A model generated the notes under the pieces. It was given only the letters and a program-made list of their open reading frames with translations. It was not told where the DNA came from and made no database searches. The position numbers and the translations under genes are program-made. A stretch of 58,889 nt of DNA, the filler included. It is 7 parts of 7 records of this genome, joined end to end, with 100 filler letters (N's around TTAATTAATTAA, not from the genome) between each part and the next. Parts side by side here need not be neighbours in the genome. Positions count along the whole stretch, not along the records: positions 50,933 to 58,889 come from SRR31147125_51331; 6 more parts are not named here. The stretch is one strand, 5' to 3'. Every line of letters begins with the position of its first letter. Within the stretch, counting starts at the first letter, position 1. This document shows positions 53,702-58,889 of this stretch, piece by piece.

Positions 53702-54266
53702 AATTATTTCCTTCAAGCTTATCAAATTAATTGAATACATGAACGATACAGCGATGTTGGATACTTTGCGTTTCCAACTCCCTTTACGGATAGATTACCA
53801 AAATCCGATTCTCCATATAGATAACACGACGAATCAATATCTATCATAATTAGAAGGCAAAATCCATTCCTGTAGAATCAACATTTAATAGCAGAAACAA
53901 AACATACCATAAACTTCCGATTCCAACCGATTCCAACAATAAAGCATTACTCCCTGTAGTTTTTACAACTTATTGACAACAGATAGGCAGAACCAATAAA
54001 TTACTTCTAACTTGAAATGTGCGGAATCTGGATTTCAATATCAAATTCTTGTTATTCTCGCCAGGAATTGAAGGGTAAGGTTTGAAGAGTCATTAACTTT
54101 TCCGACCTTACCCGATTCACATGAATCCTACCGAGCCTCGGGGCATTATCGACGCTCCAATATTGCCTGTCCACCAATCTCTTTTCGTTATGTGTGTATT
54201 GACATATCGATTATTGAATGCTAACTCATGTTTCCTAAAATGACATGATGAAAAAAAGGAATATAG

Positions 54267-55055
54267 ATGCAGCCACTTGAAAGAGATGAGTCAATATGCC
54301 ACGGTATGGAAAAAGAGATCGCAAACCGTATTCCAGGTGATAATAACGCAGAAGTCCGGGTGCCGTATTACCAAGACTACGATAGAATCGATCGACTCAT
54401 TCGATTTAACAGAGAATTGGATGAGAGTATGAATTTAATTCAATTGAACGAAAGCCTTATTGAATCAAAACTGGAAGAATTAGAATCAATCATGTCTGTT
54501 TCCGACAGTATTGAAAAATGTTCTTTGATTAGATTGACGGAACTGACGCTGTTTTGTGTCGGTAATTATGCAAACCATAATTGCATTACCGATGTTGGAG
54601 ATTTTATGGCCAATCCTCGCCTTCTTCTTGTCCATATAAAAGGCGAACAATATCCTGTTGAAAAAGAACGACATACCGCGTTGTCGGTACAGTTTGGTGA
54701 TAGAGAAACCAACGATTGTTCTGTGGCCGAGTGGTTTGAAACCCATACGGTGATGGAAACAGTAAAGCAACCCATTTTGCCGCATTTAATCAATCTATTG
54801 GAAGAAACCGACTGTTCCAAAAGATATATAGATTCCGTTAAAAGACAAATGAATGCAATGATCGATATTCTCAACTATTTATCCATGGTAAGGGTACCCA
54901 AAGAAACAGATATTGAGGATTGGAAGACGACTTTAGAGAAAAATGACAGAAAGATGATCGAGAGCATGATTTATCGGTTTGATTCAACTCTATTTTATGA
55001 CCTGGGAGAAAAAATTCTCAGTGAATACGAAATTGATCACATTTGCTTTTCATAG
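54267..55055 (+). CDS. hypothetical protein
   Basis: 262-aa ORF with RBS AAGGA; no recognised motif. Confidence 0.7.
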   Translation: MQPLERDESICHGMEKEIANRIPGDNNAEVRVPYYQDYDRIDRLIRFNRELDESMNLIQLNESLIESKLEELESIMSVSDSIEKCSLIRLTELTLFCVGNYANHNCITDVGDFMANPRLLLVHIKGEQYPVEKERHTALSVQFGDRETNDCSVAEWFETHTVMETVKQPILPHLINLLEETDCSKRYIDSVKRQMNAMIDILNYLSMVRVPKETDIEDWKTTLEKNDRKMIESMIYRFDSTLFYDLGEKILSEYEIDHICFS

Positions 55056-55412
55056 GGTGAGAGCTGACGCCTTTCAGACGCAGGTATAAGCTCTTGATAA
55101 GTCCGGGTAGAATCATAACTTATGAACTTCAAAAAACAGAGCTGACATCCTTAACCGTACTGTTTTAGGGCCGGATTCAGAAGGCTCGCCAGACTTTCAA
55201 ATCCTCAGCCCTCAAGCAAAACATCGGTCCTTCGGAGTCCCTTATCCGCTCAAAAAATATCATGAACTTATGGATGCAGGTTATCAATATGCATAACGGC
55301 TTCTTGGATGTGGTAAACTCATTATAATTATTGACTAAACCTCAGGTCAACACTTGTAGACTTATCCGTATGAAAAGAGAGTCGGAGCGTTGCATTTTAC
55401 ACGAATGAAAAG

Positions 55413-56643
55413 TTATAGGGCTTTTATATTTCGCTCAATGGACCGTGAAATGATGGATATGCTCCTTCGAGTTACATCTGCAGAGCTGGCAAAGTCCGTC
55501 CAGGAATGAACCGCATCTAAAACCCGTTCAAGGCTGTCGTCGATTTCATTTTTTGACAATCCCGCCCCTTTTCCGAGGGTCATGATCTCTTTTTTCCCCG
55601 GAGAGAGTCCTTCTCCGGCCAATGTCATGGAGTGCTCCCCCCCGGGCCCTTCAGAATGGGTAACATCGTAGGCCGGAGTCAATTCCCACTCCCGCTCATC
55701 ACCCAACATAAAAGCAAAATTTTTGACATGATCATCTCTGTTGTTGGAAAGAAAATTGAATATCATACGGGTAAATCCTTCGAGTACATCCTTGTGATTT
55801 TCGGTCAAAATTCGAATCACTTTGAAAAACCCTTCGTAATCCATGGAAGGGATTCTATGGCTCACATGAAGCATGTTCCCAAGGGTGTGTACATGAAATC
55901 GATGACTGTCCTTCCTGTCAAATCGCCGTATGCCGAAGAACGAGTCTCCCCCTTTGAAGCGAAAAGACGGGTTTCGGGAAAGACAATGCCGGCTGCGCTT
56001 GCCATGAGCGAATAAGCATATTCCACAGGCCCGGCATCCGGTAAATCATTTTTCGAGTTAAATTTGACAATCCAATGGTCAAACTGTGGGGGAAGTTCAT
56101 CTTCTCCGGATATGATTTGATCCCCATACACTCCGACAAGAACTTTTGGACGCGCCCCCCGGGACTTCCCCCTGCTCGCATGAGTTTTGGAAAAACCGTG
56201 TCGCTTCGCCCCTCAATGATCTCCATGGATTGCCGTGCCAGCGATTGAAGATCAAAATCCCAAGTATCGACAGCGTCGTGCGGCAACGCAGGTTCATAAG
56301 TGAGTGCCCCCATGGTTGTACGCCCCAAAAACGCCAGACGGTCGAGAATGGAAATCCGATGGACGTCGATTCCTTTTTTCCTGAAGTGGCGATCCATCAG
56401 GAGCAATCCCCATCCATCGGGCAGAGAGTCGTCAAAAAGACCGAATAATGGACCGAAATTTAGATCCGAATGTTCGTGAAGCCCCGGCTGGGGAGGAAGT
56501 TTGAACGGAGAGAGCCAGAGTGGGTCGGCAAGAAAAGTCGAATCATATTCGAAGTATATCTTGCTGCCGGCCTCTGCTAATTGTCCCACCGGAAATCGAT
56601 TTTTTTCGTTTCGATGAAAAATGACATTGAGCTTTTTCATCAA
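55413..56643 (-). CDS. hipA: HipA-family kinase toxin (two indels in G-runs)
   Basis: DSLPDGWG, MGAL; adding a G at 56155-56160 gives GGSPGGARPK and at 55948-55952 gives FGIRRFDR; NRDDHVKNF, LTPAYD. Confidence 0.88.
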
Positions 56644-56939
56644 ATGCTCCCTCTTTTCGGGATTTTTCGTTCCAATTGCTCAAGCTCTTTTATGGATTGA
56701 GCGGAGGGTGATTGCAGAAGCTTTTCCACTTCGTCAAGCCTTCCAAGGGCAAAAACCAATTTCAGGAAATTTCCCATGGACACTTTTCCTGTTTGTTCAA
56801 ACCGCCTCAACGATGCCTCGCTAACCCCGGATCTCTGGGCAAGAGTTTGACGTTTCCAGCGTTTTGACAATCGAAGTTCCTTAAGCCTAGTTGCCAAAAT
56901 GGATGAGATCTCTTCGGGGGTATACAAAGAATATTTCAT
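56640..56939 (-). CDS. XRE-family HTH antitoxin (HipB-like)
   Basis: RLKELRL..RQTLAQRSGVSEASLRRFEQTG; overlaps the hipA start. Confidence 0.85.
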   Translation of the reverse strand: MKYSLYTPEEISSILATRLKELRLSKRWKRQTLAQRSGVSEASLRRFEQTGKVSMGNFLKLVFALGRLDEVEKLLQSPSAQSIKELEQLERKIPKRGSI

Positions 56940-57190
56940 GGTCTTGCTATCTAATTTTCCATTAATTAACGATCAAAATAATGTCATTAAAATTCATTTA
57001 TAATAGTTTAAAGTTAATATATTAGCAATAAGGCAATTAAATTTTTATTAATGAAGCACATTTTGTTTGTCGTTGTACTGTCAATAGGTGTGTAGGATAT
57101 TCTAAATAATGAACATTTTTGATATTCAGTTTCTTGATTGTGAGCATGGTTGAAGCAAATTCAAACCCAAAAGCATCTATCCGTTTGGCA

Positions 57191-58888
57191 TTAAGCATTC
57201 CCTTCCAACACCCACGCATCAAACCGTAACCCGGAATCCGGATCATACTCCCTTTCAAACGCTTCGGGATACGATTTTCTCCATTGGTCCATCTCCTCTC
57301 CCGTCACCCGCTGCACCTCGGCAAGATAGCCCTGTACCACATTCCCCACACAGTTTTTGGAGGTGATGGGGCCCGGCGTGATGGTATTGATGGCACCACC
57401 GCGCTCAATCTCTCCGATTTTAATGGGATCATGGCGTGCCCCATGATCAACGGAGATGACACCCGGACGAATTCGCTCGGTGACGTAAGCACCGCATAAA
57501 ACAATACCACGCTCGTTAAACACTTTGACGACATCTCCGTGGTTGATCCCTCGGTTTTTAGCTTCAGAGGGGTGCATCCAGACCGGCTCATACTTATATC
57601 CGTCCGGTCCCAACACCTTACATGTAGGGGCTTCTCTGGTCCAAGTGATATCATCGCACTGCGCATGCACCCGCCAACGTCCATGGTTGGACATCACCAG
57701 CATGGGAAACATTTTGGCCCGGTGGCTGGAGAGGCGCTCATCATGATTGAAACTTTTTTCAATCCATTTGGGGATGGGAGGACGCTCTTCATCATCGGGA
57801 AAGGCGGTTGCAAGGCTTTCGGAGTAGAACTCAAGCTTTCCGGTGGGGGTTCCCAAGGGATACCTTTCCGGATCGTTATAGAAATTTCTCAAGCCCGGAG
57901 GGTCCGCTTCCCAATCTTTTGCCGTATTGTACATCCAATATTTTTTCTCTTTGAGCTGTTCCCATGTGACCAACTCCTCGCCCCCCATGTACCCCCAGAT
58001 TTTTTTCTGAAGATCCGGGATGGTTTGCCCCTCGGTCAGCGTCTCCTCCATATCGAACTGCTTTGCGATCTCCAGCACGATCTCAAAATCACTTTTTGAC
58101 TCTCCCACCGGTTCAATGGCCTTATCCGCGATCATGATATTGGGTTGCATGGTCCCCTGGCGAATATTGGTCAAAATATCATCCACCTCCATGAAGGTGT
58201 TGGCCGGCAGGATGATGTCGGCATATAGACAGTCGTTCTCCAACCAGGGATGCTGGGCCACGATGGTTTCGATATCGGCGTTCTGCATGGCAAGCTCGGT
58301 TTCGTTGCCGTAATTCCAGCAGGTGATCCGACAAGGGGTGTCGGTCCAGATCATGCGAATATCCACACCGCCGTTATCTTCATCAATGGGGTAGGTGTAT
58401 TTATTGAACTGATCTTTGACCAGTGCATTTTGAGCGCCGGTACCACTGAACTCAATGGGACCGTCTCGGTTGATGGCATGCTGGATTAACGTTTTGGGAA
58501 TCACCTGCTCCTGCCACGCCGTAACCGATGAGAATACCGGTAGCGCCAGCCTCTCTTCAATTTCGGGATTCCAGGCAAATGTGCCCCCCAGTCCTTCAGC
58601 TCTTGGCATTCCAAAATAGGTCAATTGATGCTGGTGAACCCCGGGGCCGCCAAGTCCCTGCATTCCCAATAGGATACACTCCAAACGGGCGGGTTCATGG
58701 GCAAATGCCCCTCTGATCATGCCGCCACCGAAATAGTGGGCAATGGAGGTGGTTTTCTCGGCAAACTCCCGGGCAAGGGCTTTGATGGTCCATTCCGGCA
58801 CGCCGCATTTTTTGGTGGCCCATGCCGGTGTTTTCGGAATACCGTCCTCATCCCCCATGACATACGCTTTGACCTTGTCAAATCCGAT
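57191..58888 (-). CDS. DMSO-reductase-family molybdopterin oxidoreductase, catalytic subunit (5'-partial)
   Basis: GDEDGIPKTPAWA, YADIILPA, TPTGKLEFYS, HGRWRVHAQ, MHPSEAKNRGINHGDVVKVFNERG. Confidence 0.9.
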   Translation of the reverse strand: MGFDKVKAYVMGDEDGIPKTPAWATKKCGVPEWTIKALAREFAEKTTSIAHYFGGGMIRGAFAHEPARLECILLGMQGLGGPGVHQHQLTYFGMPRAEGLGGTFAWNPEIEERLALPVFSSVTAWQEQVIPKTLIQHAINRDGPIEFSGTGAQNALVKDQFNKYTYPIDEDNGGVDIRMIWTDTPCRITCWNYGNETELAMQNADIETIVAQHPWLENDCLYADIILPANTFMEVDDILTNIRQGTMQPNIMIADKAIEPVGESKSDFEIVLEIAKQFDMEETLTEGQTIPDLQKKIWGYMGGEELVTWEQLKEKKYWMYNTAKDWEADPPGLRNFYNDPERYPLGTPTGKLEFYSESLATAFPDDEERPPIPKWIEKSFNHDERLSSHRAKMFPMLVMSNHGRWRVHAQCDDITWTREAPTCKVLGPDGYKYEPVWMHPSEAKNRGINHGDVVKVFNERGIVLCGAYVTERIRPGVISVDHGARHDPIKIGEIERGGAINTITPGPITSKNCVGNVVQGYLAEVQRVTGEEMDQWRKSYPEAFEREYDPDSGLRFDAWVLEGNA

Positions 58889-58889
58889 G

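Noticed and set aside
53856-53871. sigma54 promoter upstream of the aldehyde dehydrogenase (AGGAATGGATTTTGCC on the minus strand)
   Set aside because: GG-N10-GC spacing fits, but the -24 element matches TGGCAC poorly.
53916-53937. CCGATTCCAA tandem duplication upstream of the aldehyde dehydrogenase
   Set aside because: Only two copies; no regulator can be assigned.

Overview
The window is not one locus. It is seven unrelated contigs (1-11970, 12071-25437, 25538-30622, 30723-35737, 35838-41871, 41972-50832, 50933-58889) joined by artificial 100-nt spacers (N44-TTAATTAATTAA-N44). Many genes carry single-base homopolymer indels typical of pyrosequencing-type assembly. Contig 1: NCS2 permease, a sigma54-preceded acidic ORFan, two hybrid histidine kinases, partial ligA. 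Contigs 2, 3 and 6: glycan/sulfate-ester catabolism (GH78, GH92, sulfatases, UroD-family protein, and an exported NagA / PIG-L / Nramp-like / Gfo-Idh / aminotransferase cluster). Contig 4: glcD-glcF-chlD, with a nested palindromic repeat and a slippery site in chlD. Contig 7: USP, ALDH, HipB-like/HipA, DMSO-reductase-family enzyme. Contig 5 is the most interesting and looks like a phage-satellite/prophage remnant next to a tRNA-Leu 3' end. It carries a complete C4-type antisense-RNA cassette (a1/b1, C4 RNA, a2/b2) ahead of two translationally coupled ORFs I do not recognise, an HNH gene, a cryptic SieB-like gene and a cos-like segment. Product calls come from motifs read by eye; no database search was run, and taxonomic remarks are inference.
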